Below, in pieces: positions 27,908 to 36,960 of a stretch of 64,000 bases of DNA. The notes beneath the pieces were generated by a model, which worked only from the letters and a program-made list of their open reading frames with translations, was not told where the DNA came from and made no database searches. Origin of the DNA: Holophagales bacterium (GTDB lineage: Bacteria > Acidobacteriota > Thermoanaerobaculia > Multivoradales > Multivoraceae); contig VXUF01000077.1 of the NCBI GenBank assembly GCA_009837085.1, positions 85,144 through 149,143 of the forward strand. Direction: 5' to 3'. The position numbers and the translations under genes were made by a program. The number at the start of each line of letters is the position of its first letter. Position 1 is the stretch's first letter.

Positions 27908-28828
27908 ATGCCGGAGCTTCCCGACGTCGAGGTCTACTGCGAGGCGATCGAGCAGCGTGTCGTGGGCCGCGAGCTCGTCCGCGTCCGCCTGCGGAGTCCG
28001 TTCCTGCTGCGTTCCGTGCGCCCGCCGCTTTCCGAAGTGGAGGGGCGGACGGTCGTCTCCGTGCGCCGGGTCGGCAAGCAGATCGTCTTCGCGCTGAAGG
28101 GGGAGCTGTTCCTCGCCATCCACCTGATGATCGCCGGTCGGTTCCGCTGGGCCGGACCGTCGGCGAAGGTGCCGGGCCGCGTGGGGCTGGCCGCGTTCGA
28201 CTTCGGTTACGGCACCCTGCTGCTCACCGAGGCGGGGAGCAAGCGCAGAGCGGCGATGCACCTGGTCGCGGGTGAAGACGGGCTGGCTACCCTGGACCGT
28301 GGCGGGCTGGAAGTGCTGCGCGCCGGTCCGGAGGCGTTCAGGGCGCGGCTCAAGGCGGAGAATCACACGCTGAAGCGGGCGCTGATCGACCCGCGGTTGT
28401 TCAGTGGTATCGGCAACGCGTACTCCGACGAGATCCTTCATCGCGCACGCCTGTCGCCAATGCGCTGGACCACCCGGCTCAGCGATGAGCAGGTCGAGCG
28501 GCTGTATCGGTCCGCCGTCGACGTGCTGACGGAGTGGATGGATCGCCTCAGGGCCCAGGCCGGGGGGCGGTTTCCCGCCAGGGTCACCGCCTTCCACCCG
28601 GAGATGGCGGTCCATGGTCGCTACCGCGAACCATGCCCGCGTTGCGATGCGCCAGTCCAGCGCATCGTCTACGCAGAGAACGAGTGCAACTACTGCGCGC
28701 GCTGCCAGACCGGCGGCCGGCTGCTCGCCGACCGCGCGCTTTCGCGCCTGCTGAAGAAGGACTGGCCGAAGACGGTCGAGGAGCTGGAGGAGCGCCTGGG
28801 CGCGGGCGCCGGGGAGCCGGCCGGCTGA
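27908..28828 (+). CDS. Fpg/Nei-family DNA glycosylase/AP lyase
   Basis: It has the mandatory N-terminal 'MPELPDVE', the H2TH 'LIDPRLFSGIGNAYSDEILHRARLSP', and the zinc finger 'CPRC-x16-CARC'. Confidence 0.85.
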   Translation: MPELPDVEVYCEAIEQRVVGRELVRVRLRSPFLLRSVRPPLSEVEGRTVVSVRRVGKQIVFALKGELFLAIHLMIAGRFRWAGPSAKVPGRVGLAAFDFGYGTLLLTEAGSKRRAAMHLVAGEDGLATLDRGGLEVLRAGPEAFRARLKAENHTLKRALIDPRLFSGIGNAYSDEILHRARLSPMRWTTRLSDEQVERLYRSAVDVLTEWMDRLRAQAGGRFPARVTAFHPEMAVHGRYREPCPRCDAPVQRIVYAENECNYCARCQTGGRLLADRALSRLLKKDWPKTVEELEERLGAGAGEPAG

Positions 28829-29601
28829 TGGGCGTAGCGCCCGAGTCGTCGGGGCTGACCGACTGTCACGCTCACCTCTGCGACGGCTCGTTCGCGGGCG
28901 ACCTCGGCGAGGTGCTCGCGCGGGCCGGCGACGCCGGCGTCGGGGCGGTGGTCGCGGTCGGCGAGACGCGCGCCGACGCGGAGAGGAACCTCGAGTTGGC
29001 GGAGGCCTATCCGGGAGTCGTACGACCGACCGCCGGCCTGTATCCGACCCATCTCGATCCGGCGGAGGCGGAACAGGTCGCTGACCTGATCCGCCGGGAA
29101 CGTCCGCGCCTGGCCGCCATCGGCGAGGTCGGCCTGGACCGCTGGAAGGTGCGCGACGAGCGCGACCTCGTGGTGCAGCGCGAGATCTTCGCGTCGTTCA
29201 TCGACCTGTCCATCGAAGTCGATCTGCCGCTGAACGTCCACTCGCGCTCCGCCGGCCACTACGCGATCGACCTGTTGCGAGAGCGGGGGGCGAGGCGGGT
29301 GCAGCTCCACGCCTTCGACGGGCGCGCCGCGCGGGCCGAGCCGGCGGTGGAAGCGGGTTACTTCTTCTCCGTACCGCCTTCCGTCGTGCGTTCGCCGCAG
29401 AAGCAGAAACTCGTCCGGCGCCTGCCGCTGTCCTGCCTGCTGCTGGAGACGGACAGCCCCGTGCTGGGGCCGGAGCGAGACCAGCGCAACGAACCGGCGA
29501 ACGCGGTCGTGTCGCTCACGGCCATCGCCGAGATCAAGGGTCTGCCGGTGTCGGAGGTGGCGGCGGCCGTCAGAGAGAACACGGCGCGCCTCTACGGCTA
29601 G
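28828..29601 (+). CDS. TatD-family metal-dependent hydrolase/DNase
   Basis: It contains 'LTDCHAHL', 'AIGEVGLD', 'NVHSR', 'QLHAF' and 'LLLETDSP'. Its ATG at 28828 shares one nt with the fpg stop. Confidence 0.85.
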   Translation: MGVAPESSGLTDCHAHLCDGSFAGDLGEVLARAGDAGVGAVVAVGETRADAERNLELAEAYPGVVRPTAGLYPTHLDPAEAEQVADLIRRERPRLAAIGEVGLDRWKVRDERDLVVQREIFASFIDLSIEVDLPLNVHSRSAGHYAIDLLRERGARRVQLHAFDGRAARAEPAVEAGYFFSVPPSVVRSPQKQKLVRRLPLSCLLLETDSPVLGPERDQRNEPANAVVSLTAIAEIKGLPVSEVAAAVRENTARLYG

Positions 29602-30431
29602 CGAACGGTGGCGATGGAGGCCGGCTCGCCGAGCCAGAGCGCCGGGTCGACCCGTTCGCCCTGCCAGCGGACGCCGAAGTGCAGGTGCGGGCCGGTCGAT
29701 CGTCCGGTCGAGCCGACGGTGCCGATCCGGTGCCCGCGGGGCACCTCGTCCCCCTGCTCGACGAAGACCTCGTGCAAGTGGAAGTACATGCTGATCAGGC
29801 CGTTGCCGTGGTCGAGAAACACCGCGTTTCCGGAGAAGAAGAACTCTCCGGCCAGAGCGACGACGGCGTCCTCGACGGCCAGGACGGGCGTGCCCTGGGG
29901 CACGGCGTAGTCGGCGCCGGTGTGGGGCGAGCGTGGCTCGCCGTTGATGATCCGCTTCGCGCCGAAGCGGCCGCCGGCCGGCATCTCTTCGAGCGGAGCG
30001 CCCAGGGGCAAAGAGAACCTCGGTGTGCCCTGCCGTCCCCAGAGCTTGCCGATCAGGGCGTTCTCACGCTGCACGCGAGCGAGGTTCTCGGGCGACAGGT
30101 CCACGCGGCTCCGGTCCTTGATCTCGAGTCGCTGCACCGAGTAGGGGTACGCACCGAGACCGATGTGCAGCTTCTCCCGCCGGCCATCCCGGTCGCGCTC
30201 CGCTATCACGTCGGCGGTTCGGGTCAAGCCGACCGGCACCAGGCAGCCGCGTTCTCCGCCGACCACGGTGGGTGCGAAGGCCCGGTCGCCGACCAGGCAC
30301 CGTTCGATGCCTTCGCCCGGCCAGTGGACGAGGCTTCCCGGAGCAGCGGTCTGAGCGGCTAGGGGATTGGCGCCGGCGGCGGCGAGGACGGCGGTTGCGC
30401 CGAGGACGACGATGAAACGGAAAGGGTCCAT
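29598..30431 (-). CDS. M23 (LytM-type) metallopeptidase, secreted
   Basis: It has the signal 'FIVVLGATAVLAAAGANPLAAQ', the 'HTGADY' (HxxxD) motif and 'GSTGRSTGPHLHFGV' (HxH). I place the start at ATG 30431. Confidence 0.85.
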   Translation of the reverse strand: MDPFRFIVVLGATAVLAAAGANPLAAQTAAPGSLVHWPGEGIERCLVGDRAFAPTVVGGERGCLVPVGLTRTADVIAERDRDGRREKLHIGLGAYPYSVQRLEIKDRSRVDLSPENLARVQRENALIGKLWGRQGTPRFSLPLGAPLEEMPAGGRFGAKRIINGEPRSPHTGADYAVPQGTPVLAVEDAVVALAGEFFFSGNAVFLDHGNGLISMYFHLHEVFVEQGDEVPRGHRIGTVGSTGRSTGPHLHFGVRWQGERVDPALWLGEPASIATVR

Positions 30432-30536
30432 GGAGCAATCATAGCCAATGGTGCATAGATAGCCCGACCATGCCGGAAGGGACGCGGTACGCTTGCCCCT
30501 TGCCGGCGAAACGACCTGCCGGCCCGGGAGGGTGCT

Positions 30537-31991
30537 TTGAGTCTGATAGAGACGTACCTGGCCAGCGACGGGTTGGCACTGGCCGAACTGCTGCGGACCG
30601 GCGAGCTGGGGCCCGGCGAGGCCGTGGAATGTGCGGCGGAGATCGCCTCCGAACTCGACCCGGAGTTGAACGCGGTCGTCTGCACGGACTTCGAGCGGGC
30701 TGCCGCAGCGGCGCCCGAGGTCGTGGCGGCGGGTGGGCCGTTCGCGGGCGTGCCCTATCTGCTGAAGGACCTCTACGCCAACGCGGCGGGCCTGCCGCTC
30801 ACGAACGGCAGCCGCCTTTTCGACGGCAACGTGCCGAACCACGATTCGGAGATGGTGAGCCGCTACCGGCGGGCGGGACTCCTGATCGCGGGACGTACCG
30901 CTTCACCCGAGTTCGGGCTGACGACGAGTACCGAGTCGGCCGTCTTCGGGCAGACCCGCAACCCCTGGAACCTGGAGCACATCGCCGGCGGTTCCTCGGG
31001 CGGCGCGGCGGCGGCCGTCGCGGCCGGCATCGTGCCGGCTGCCCATGCCAGCGACGGCGGCGGATCGATCCGCATCCCGGCCTCCTGCTGCGGGCTCTTC
31101 GGACTCAAGCCGAGCCGCGCCCGCGTCTCGCTGGCGCCAGACGCCGGCGAGGGTTGGGCCGGTTTCTCGGTGCAGCACTGTGTGAGTCGCACAGTTCGCG
31201 ACAGCGCCGCGCTTCTGGACGCGGTTGCCGGCCCGGTCGCGGGAGATCCGTACTGCGCGCCGCCACCTGAACGGAGCTTCCTGGACGAAACCGACCGCGA
31301 GCCGGGCAGGCTGCGGATCGCGCTGGCCCTGGAAGCGTTCAACGGCGCCCCGGTCGATGAGGCGTGCGTCGCCGCGGCCCGCGGCGCGGCCGAACTCTGC
31401 GCGGGGCTTGGGCACGAGGTCGCCCATGCGGCGCCGGAGATCGACGCGACTGCCCTCGGCCTCGCGACCCGGCTGATCGTCGGCGCGAACGTGCGCGCCA
31501 CGATCGCTGAGCGCTGCGAGGCCCTTGGCCGTGAGGCCCGGGACGACGAGCTGGAGCCGCTCACGTGGGCGACAGCCGCCACGGGCGAGCAGAGCGACGC
31601 TGCCGCCTACGCGCGGGCGACCCGCACGGTTCACGCGGTTGGCCGCCGGTTGGCCGCGTTCTTCGACCAGGGCTTCGATGTCCTGCTGTCGCCGACGATG
31701 GCGTCCCCGCCGGCGAAGCTCGGCGTGCTGTCGCTCTCGAACCGGGGCGAGGACTACATGCCGGCGTTGCTGCAGACGATCGGCTTCACCCAGTTGATGA
31801 ACGTCTGCGGCAACCCCGCCGCCTCGGTGCCGCTCGGCTCGAGCGGAGCGAACGGCGGCCTGCCGATCGGCGTCCAGATCGCCGCCCCGGCGGGAGGCGA
31901 GGGAGTGCTGCTCCGGCTGGCGGCGCAGCTCGAGCGGGAGCGTCCGTGGATCGACCGGAAGCCGCCCTGCTCGGCGTGGCGGAGCGGCTAG
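30537..31991 (+). CDS. Amidase-signature family amidase
   Basis: It has the AS motif 'GGSSGGAAAAVAAG...ASDGGGSIRIPA' and a TTG start. Confidence 0.85.
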   Translation: MSLIETYLASDGLALAELLRTGELGPGEAVECAAEIASELDPELNAVVCTDFERAAAAAPEVVAAGGPFAGVPYLLKDLYANAAGLPLTNGSRLFDGNVPNHDSEMVSRYRRAGLLIAGRTASPEFGLTTSTESAVFGQTRNPWNLEHIAGGSSGGAAAAVAAGIVPAAHASDGGGSIRIPASCCGLFGLKPSRARVSLAPDAGEGWAGFSVQHCVSRTVRDSAALLDAVAGPVAGDPYCAPPPERSFLDETDREPGRLRIALALEAFNGAPVDEACVAAARGAAELCAGLGHEVAHAAPEIDATALGLATRLIVGANVRATIAERCEALGREARDDELEPLTWATAATGEQSDAAAYARATRTVHAVGRRLAAFFDQGFDVLLSPTMASPPAKLGVLSLSNRGEDYMPALLQTIGFTQLMNVCGNPAASVPLGSSGANGGLPIGVQIAAPAGGEGVLLRLAAQLERERPWIDRKPPCSAWRSG

Positions 31992-31997
31992 CGACCC

Positions 31998-32879
31998 GTG
32001 GCGCGACCGCGGCCGAGAATGTGGAAGCTGGCGAATCTCGCGGCGCCGGCGCTCCTTGTGGTTCTGGCCTGGCCGGCGGCGGCCGCCGACCCGCCCTGGC
32101 AGCGACTCGAGTTCCAGGCAAAGAAGCTGTTCCTGTCGGCTGACGCCGCGGTCGAATTCGATTCCGCGGCGCAACTCCCGCCGGACGAGCGCTGCGAAGG
32201 CAAGCCGCACATGCCCGGCTCGGCCGCGCGGATCCGGATCGAGTCCACGATGTTCGGCCGGCGCTCCGAGTCCTCCCTGTGGTTCGATCCGGACAGCCTG
32301 GCGGCTCACCTTCGCGTCCAGGAAGAACGGGGTAGCCGGAACCGCTACAAACGCTACACGTTCTGTCACGACAGCGTGGAGGCGGAGCGCGCGACTCCCA
32401 ATCCCGGCGAGGCCGGTCTGCCGGTGGCGGAATGGACACATCGCTATCCGCTCCATCACCCTGTTCCGCCCGGACTCAAGGCGCCGCTGTCGGAACCTTC
32501 GGCGCTGCTCCATCTGGTCGGGCGGTTGGCTGCGCTCCCGACCGGGACAGGGGAGGAAATGTCGTGGACGGTGCCGATGTTCTCGAACCGGAGGGTGCTG
32601 GCGGTGCGGATCGAGCGAGACCCGGAAACCCTGACAGCGCCTTCCTCATTCTCGGTGGCCGGCGGCCAGGCGCCGGCGCAGTTGACACTGGTTCGCTTCG
32701 CGATGACGCCGGAGGTTTATGGACCCGAGGGCAGCGCGCAGGACTTCGAGTTGCTGGGACTCGAGGGCGCGATCGAGATCGTTGCGGCGAAGGAACTCCA
32801 GGTGCCCGTGTCGATCAGCGGCCGCCTTCCGCCCGCGGGGAGGGTCACGGTCCGGCTGCGTCACGTGGAGTTGCGTTAG
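31998..32879 (+). CDS. Secreted hypothetical protein
   Basis: It has the signal peptide 'LAAPALLVVLAWPAAAA'. I recognise no family. The codon usage is coding-like, and it is tightly packed between the amidase and the regulator. Confidence 0.55.
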   Translation: MARPRPRMWKLANLAAPALLVVLAWPAAAADPPWQRLEFQAKKLFLSADAAVEFDSAAQLPPDERCEGKPHMPGSAARIRIESTMFGRRSESSLWFDPDSLAAHLRVQEERGSRNRYKRYTFCHDSVEAERATPNPGEAGLPVAEWTHRYPLHHPVPPGLKAPLSEPSALLHLVGRLAALPTGTGEEMSWTVPMFSNRRVLAVRIERDPETLTAPSSFSVAGGQAPAQLTLVRFAMTPEVYGPEGSAQDFELLGLEGAIEIVAAKELQVPVSISGRLPPAGRVTVRLRHVELR

Positions 32880-32880
32880 G

Positions 32881-33531
32881 GTGCCCACCGTGGGGGCTGA
32901 AGGTGCCGAGAGTGTGGATCGGGTTCGCGAGGAGTTCGTGCAACTCTGGGGCGCTCTGGGGACCTTCTGGGGGGTGCCGCCGACCACCGCGCGGGTCTTC
33001 GGCTGGCTGATGTCCCGCAGCGAGCCCGCCGATGCCCAGCAGATCATGGCCGGTCTGGAACTCAGTCGTGGCGCCGTCTCGATGGCCTGCAGGGAACTGC
33101 GGGAGTGGAAGCTCATCTCACCGGAGCGAGTCGCCGGCGCGCGCCGGGTGGTGTACCGGCCCGAGACCGACCTGGAGCGGGTTCTCCGCAACGTCGTCGA
33201 GATCCGCAAGCGGCGGGAGTGGGACCCGATCCGTGAGAACATGCGGGACTGGATTCCGGCCCTGGAGGCCGAGTCCTCCCCCGAGAATGCGGTGTTCCTC
33301 AGGCGCCTCCGCGCGATCGATCAGGTCATGGAGCGAGTCGACTCGATCGCGGAGTTTCTGCTCAACGGCGGCACGGTGACGGACTTCGGACTGAAGGCCC
33401 TGCTTGGAGCGGGAGCGGTCGCCGCGCGGCTCGGCAATCTTGCGCGCCGAGAGGCGCAGTCGTTCTCGGGCAAGTCCACTCCGCCGGCGGAGCCGGTGCC
33501 GGACCTCGACCCGGAGGAGCAGGAGAGTTGA
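32881..33531 (+). CDS. GbsR/MarR-type winged-helix transcriptional regulator
   Basis: 'FVQLWGALGTFWGVPPTTARVFGWLMSRSEPADAQQIMAGLELSRGAVSMACRELREWKLI' matches the family. The start is the GTG at 32881 or at 32890, directly after the upstream TAG. Confidence 0.65.
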   Translation: MPTVGAEGAESVDRVREEFVQLWGALGTFWGVPPTTARVFGWLMSRSEPADAQQIMAGLELSRGAVSMACRELREWKLISPERVAGARRVVYRPETDLERVLRNVVEIRKRREWDPIRENMRDWIPALEAESSPENAVFLRRLRAIDQVMERVDSIAEFLLNGGTVTDFGLKALLGAGAVAARLGNLARREAQSFSGKSTPPAEPVPDLDPEEQES

Positions 33532-34694
33532 CCGTGCTCACGGATCGCAGCGCGGGTCCCCTGTCGAGAAACACGGCAGTTGAAGACGAGGTGCTGGGAC
33601 GCCTCCGTGACCTCTGCGATGTCGGTGGACTTCGTGACCTTGCCGCGACGATCGACGACCTCGTCGGTTTCGTCCGCGACGACCTCGCGGCGGTGGAGGA
33701 GGGACTGGCGACGCTGTCGACAGCCGACTCGCTGGTCGGCGAGGCCGGAGCCTCTCTGGTTCACCTCGGCGGCAAGCGGCTGCGTCCGCTGTGCGTCGTC
33801 CTGGCGTCGCGGATCGGATCCGCGCGGGCTTCGGCGGTGCGCGATATCGCGGTAGCGGCCGAGCTCGTGCACAATGCCACGCTGCTGCACGACGACGTCA
33901 TCGACCACGCGGACCGGCGTCGCGGGCGGCCGACGGCACGGGTCGAACTCGGCAACGCGGCCTCCATCTTTGCCGGCGACTACCTGCTGATCGAGGCGCT
34001 GCACAGGGTGCAGCGGGCCGCGGTGCCGGGCGTCATGGAAGGCCTGCTCGAGACGATCGCCGAGATGATCCGGGCCGAGTCCCTTCAGCTCGAGAACCGC
34101 GGCTCTCTCGACGCGTCAGAGGATCTCTACTTCCAGGTCGCCCGGGGCAAGTCGGCGGCCCTGTTCAGTTGGGCGTTGGGCGCCGGCGCCTTGAGCGGTG
34201 GAGCGTCGCCCGAGCTCTGCCGGGCGCTGCGGATGTATGGCGATTCGATCGGGGTCGCGTTCCAGTTGATCGACGATCTGCTCGATCTGGTCGGACACCA
34301 CAGCAACACCGGCAAGACGCTGTTCAGCGACCTCTCGGAGGGGAAGATCACGTACCCGCTGATCGTCGTGCTGGACCGCGAACCGGCGCTCGTCGACACG
34401 ATCCGCGCGATAGCAGCCGAGGCGGCTTCCTCGTGGAGTGGCCACGGCCTCGCCCTGTCCGGCTCAAACGGGGACGGGAAGGCGAACGGGCACCCCGATC
34501 GTGCGAACGGGGCGGGCCGGGAGCGTGAGCGCGTCCTCGAGGCGATGGTTCGGCACAACGTCGAGGCGACATGCCGCGACCTGGCAGCGAGCTACATAGA
34601 CGACGGGATCGAGGCGTTGGCCGAGGTCCCCGACGGCCCTGCGCGCCGTGCGTTGACGGTTGTCGCTCGGGCGAGCGTGTTGCGGGAACGATGA
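33528..34694 (+). CDS. Long-chain all-trans polyprenyl diphosphate synthase
   Basis: It has the first and second Asp-rich motifs 'LLHDDVIDHADRRRG' and 'FQLIDDLLD', plus 'GKRLRP'. Its start overlaps the regulator stop. Confidence 0.85.
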   Translation: MTVLTDRSAGPLSRNTAVEDEVLGRLRDLCDVGGLRDLAATIDDLVGFVRDDLAAVEEGLATLSTADSLVGEAGASLVHLGGKRLRPLCVVLASRIGSARASAVRDIAVAAELVHNATLLHDDVIDHADRRRGRPTARVELGNAASIFAGDYLLIEALHRVQRAAVPGVMEGLLETIAEMIRAESLQLENRGSLDASEDLYFQVARGKSAALFSWALGAGALSGGASPELCRALRMYGDSIGVAFQLIDDLLDLVGHHSNTGKTLFSDLSEGKITYPLIVVLDREPALVDTIRAIAAEAASSWSGHGLALSGSNGDGKANGHPDRANGAGRERERVLEAMVRHNVEATCRDLAASYIDDGIEALAEVPDGPARRALTVVARASVLRER

Positions 34695-35452
34695 TTGCCC
34701 TGGCCGAGCCGCTGGCGGGCCGCGGCGACGGTTCGGGCGCGATGTTCGACCGGATCGCGGCCCGCTATGACCTGCTGAACCGCTTGAACTCCCTGGGCCT
34801 CGATCGGGCGTGGCGCCGGGTCACGGCGGAGGCCCTGGCGCCGGCCGCGACCGCCGACCGGCCCCTGCGCGTCCTGGATGTCGCGTCCGGAACCGGAGAT
34901 CTGGCAATCGCGATCGCGCGGCGGTTTCCGTCGGCGGTCGTCAGGGGTGTGGACACGTCGACGGCAATGACCGTCGTCGGACGAGAGAAGGTGAAACGTG
35001 CCGGCTTTTCGGATCGCATCACGCTGGGATCCGGCGACGCCCAAGAACTTGGCTTCGCCGATCGTTCCTTCGACGCGGCGGCGATCGCGTTCGGCATCCG
35101 CAACGTTCCCGACCGCGTCCGGGCCCTTTGCGAAATGGCGAGGGTAACCCGGCCGGGCGGACGGGTCGCGGTTCTCGAGCTGAGCGAGCCGGTTTCGGGC
35201 CCGCTGGCGGTGCTCGCCCGCTTCCACATCCGCGTCCTCGTGCCGATGATCGGAACGCTTCTGGCCGGAGGCGCCGAGTACAGGTACCTGCGACGGTCGA
35301 TCCGCGCCTTCCCGCCGCCGGACGAGTTCACTCGAACGATGACCGCCGCCGGCCTGGAGCCGGTCGAAACGCGGCCGCTGACGTTCGGCGTGTGCAACCT
35401 GTTCCTGGCCAGTCCGGCCGTGGAGCGTGCGACGGGAGGCTCTGGTCCATGA
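34691..35452 (+). CDS. ubiE: Demethylmenaquinone/ubiquinone C-methyltransferase
   Basis: It contains 'MFDRIAARYDLLNRLNSLGLDRAWRR', the SAM motif 'VLDVASGTGDL', and 'YRYLRRSI..FP'. Its start forms an ATGA overlap with the upstream stop. Confidence 0.9.
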   Translation: MIALAEPLAGRGDGSGAMFDRIAARYDLLNRLNSLGLDRAWRRVTAEALAPAATADRPLRVLDVASGTGDLAIAIARRFPSAVVRGVDTSTAMTVVGREKVKRAGFSDRITLGSGDAQELGFADRSFDAAAIAFGIRNVPDRVRALCEMARVTRPGGRVAVLELSEPVSGPLAVLARFHIRVLVPMIGTLLAGGAEYRYLRRSIRAFPPPDEFTRTMTAAGLEPVETRPLTFGVCNLFLASPAVERATGGSGP

Positions 35453-36960
35453 CCTCTCCGGTGATCAGACCGCGTTCGGCTCGAGAGACGCGGGCGCCGC
35501 GGTCCGGCCTTCTGGCGGTGACCGCCGAGGCGCCGCGAGTGGCTCCCGAGGAGTTTCTCCGGCGGGCTTCGCGGAGCTTCCGCGAGATCGGCCCGGTGGG
35601 CCACCTGTGGGCGCCCTCCGGAGGGATGCAGTCCGCCGGCTGGGGTGTGGCCCGGCGTTTCGAGGTTGCCGGAGACGCCTCGTCCCCCGGCTTCCCGGGC
35701 GGAAACGGTGACGGCGACCACAGGATGCATGCCGGCGGCGTCGCGCTCGACCAGGTTGCGGCGCTGGCGTCCGGGCTGTTTCGCGAACTGGCGGGAGCGG
35801 ACGAGGTGCCGCTGCGGCTCTTCGGTGGACTCGCGTTCGATCCCGGGCCGGACGGCCCCGGATCTGGAGCGTCCGATTGGGACGAGTTCGGCGCGGGCAG
35901 CTTCGTTCTGCCGCGGCTGGGATACGTAGCCGACGGGGACGCCGCACATCTGTATGCGGTCATTGACGCGACGGCGGTGGGGGCTGCGCCGGAGTGGCAG
36001 GGACGTCTGCGGCGGCTGGCCGAGGACCTCGACCTCAGTGGCGAACTCGGGAGCGACGCGAACGGCAACGGACACCTGCGAGAGCTGCAGGAAGCGGCGA
36101 ACGCCCTGGAGGCGCTGCCGGGAATTCTGCGGAGCCTCGATCGTCCGGTCGCTTCGGAATGGCTACGGCGCGTGGAGGAGCTTCGCGGAGAGGTGCTCTC
36201 TGAGCGGCTGCAGAAGGTGGTGGCGGCGCGCACCGTCGAGCTCGACCTCGACCGGCCGTTCGGCATAGACGATCTGGTCCGCATCGCCGGACGCCTGCGG
36301 CACAGCATGCCCACTTGCACGCGCTTCGCCTTCCTGCGTGGCGGCTCGATCTTCTTCGGCGCGACGCCGGAACTGCTGGTCCGTCGTCGGGGCCGTCGCA
36401 TCGAAACCCAGGCGCTGGCCGGTTCGATCGCCAGCGACCCCTCGCCTGTGCGCCGGCGTGAGTTGGCGCGGCGTCTGCTGGAGAGCCGGAAGGATCGGCT
36501 GGAGCACGACGTCGTGGTCCGGTACCTGGTCGAGCGCCTCGACGGGAGCTGCGGCGCGGTAGCGCCCCCCGACCCTCCGGAAGTCCGTGTCCTGCCGAAC
36601 GTGATGCACCTGGAGACGCCGATTCGCGCCGCGTTGCCGGAGACCGTCGAGCCGCCACACGTGCTGCGGCTGGTGCGAGCGCTCCACCCGACTCCCGCGG
36701 TAGCCGGTAGACCGACGGCTCTTGCCCTGGCCGCGATCCGGCGCAGCGAAGACCGGGATCGGGGCTGGTACGCGGGCCCGGTCGGCTGGTTCGACGGCAG
36801 CGGCGATGGCGAGTTCTCGGTCGCTCTCCGTTCCTGTCTCGCGACCCGGCGTCGAGGCCTGCTCTACTCGGGCAACGGCATCGTTGCCGACTCCGATCCG
36901 GCGCGCGAGCTGGCTGAGACGAACCTCAAGCTGGACGCGATCCTCGGAGCATGGGGTTAG
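35449..36960 (+). CDS. menF: Isochorismate synthase
   Basis: It has a chorismate-binding C-terminus: 'TPELLV', 'LHPTPAVAG.P', 'RGWYAGPVGWFD' and 'GNGIVADSDP..E..ET..K'. Its ATG at 35449 overlaps the ubiE stop. The 716-aa track ORF is a GC artefact extension. Confidence 0.85.
   Translation: MTSPVIRPRSARETRAPRSGLLAVTAEAPRVAPEEFLRRASRSFREIGPVGHLWAPSGGMQSAGWGVARRFEVAGDASSPGFPGGNGDGDHRMHAGGVALDQVAALASGLFRELAGADEVPLRLFGGLAFDPGPDGPGSGASDWDEFGAGSFVLPRLGYVADGDAAHLYAVIDATAVGAAPEWQGRLRRLAEDLDLSGELGSDANGNGHLRELQEAANALEALPGILRSLDRPVASEWLRRVEELRGEVLSERLQKVVAARTVELDLDRPFGIDDLVRIAGRLRHSMPTCTRFAFLRGGSIFFGATPELLVRRRGRRIETQALAGSIASDPSPVRRRELARRLLESRKDRLEHDVVVRYLVERLDGSCGAVAPPDPPEVRVLPNVMHLETPIRAALPETVEPPHVLRLVRALHPTPAVAGRPTALALAAIRRSEDRDRGWYAGPVGWFDGSGDGEFSVALRSCLATRRRGLLYSGNGIVADSDPARELAETNLKLDAILGAWG

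Noticed and set aside
30537-31991. The amidase-signature protein as GatA of the Glu-tRNA(Gln) amidotransferase.
   Set aside because: No gatB or gatC lies adjacent. A full-length glnS is present in the same window, so transamidation for Gln is not needed. The N-terminus does not look like GatA. I kept it as a generic amidase.
34810-36960. Over-long ORF-track models suggesting fusions or long N-termini. Examples are a 716-aa 'UbiE-MenF', the 676-aa MenE, the 409-aa MenA, the 513-aa ApaH, the 334-aa thioesterase, the 414-aa M23 peptidase, the 355-aa TatD and the 404-aa YdbT-like protein.
   Set aside because: The extensions run through the preceding gene in another frame and look like low-complexity sequence. 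In most cases a start codon sits exactly at the upstream stop (ATGA or GTGA overlap) or behind a good SD. I trimmed each model accordingly.
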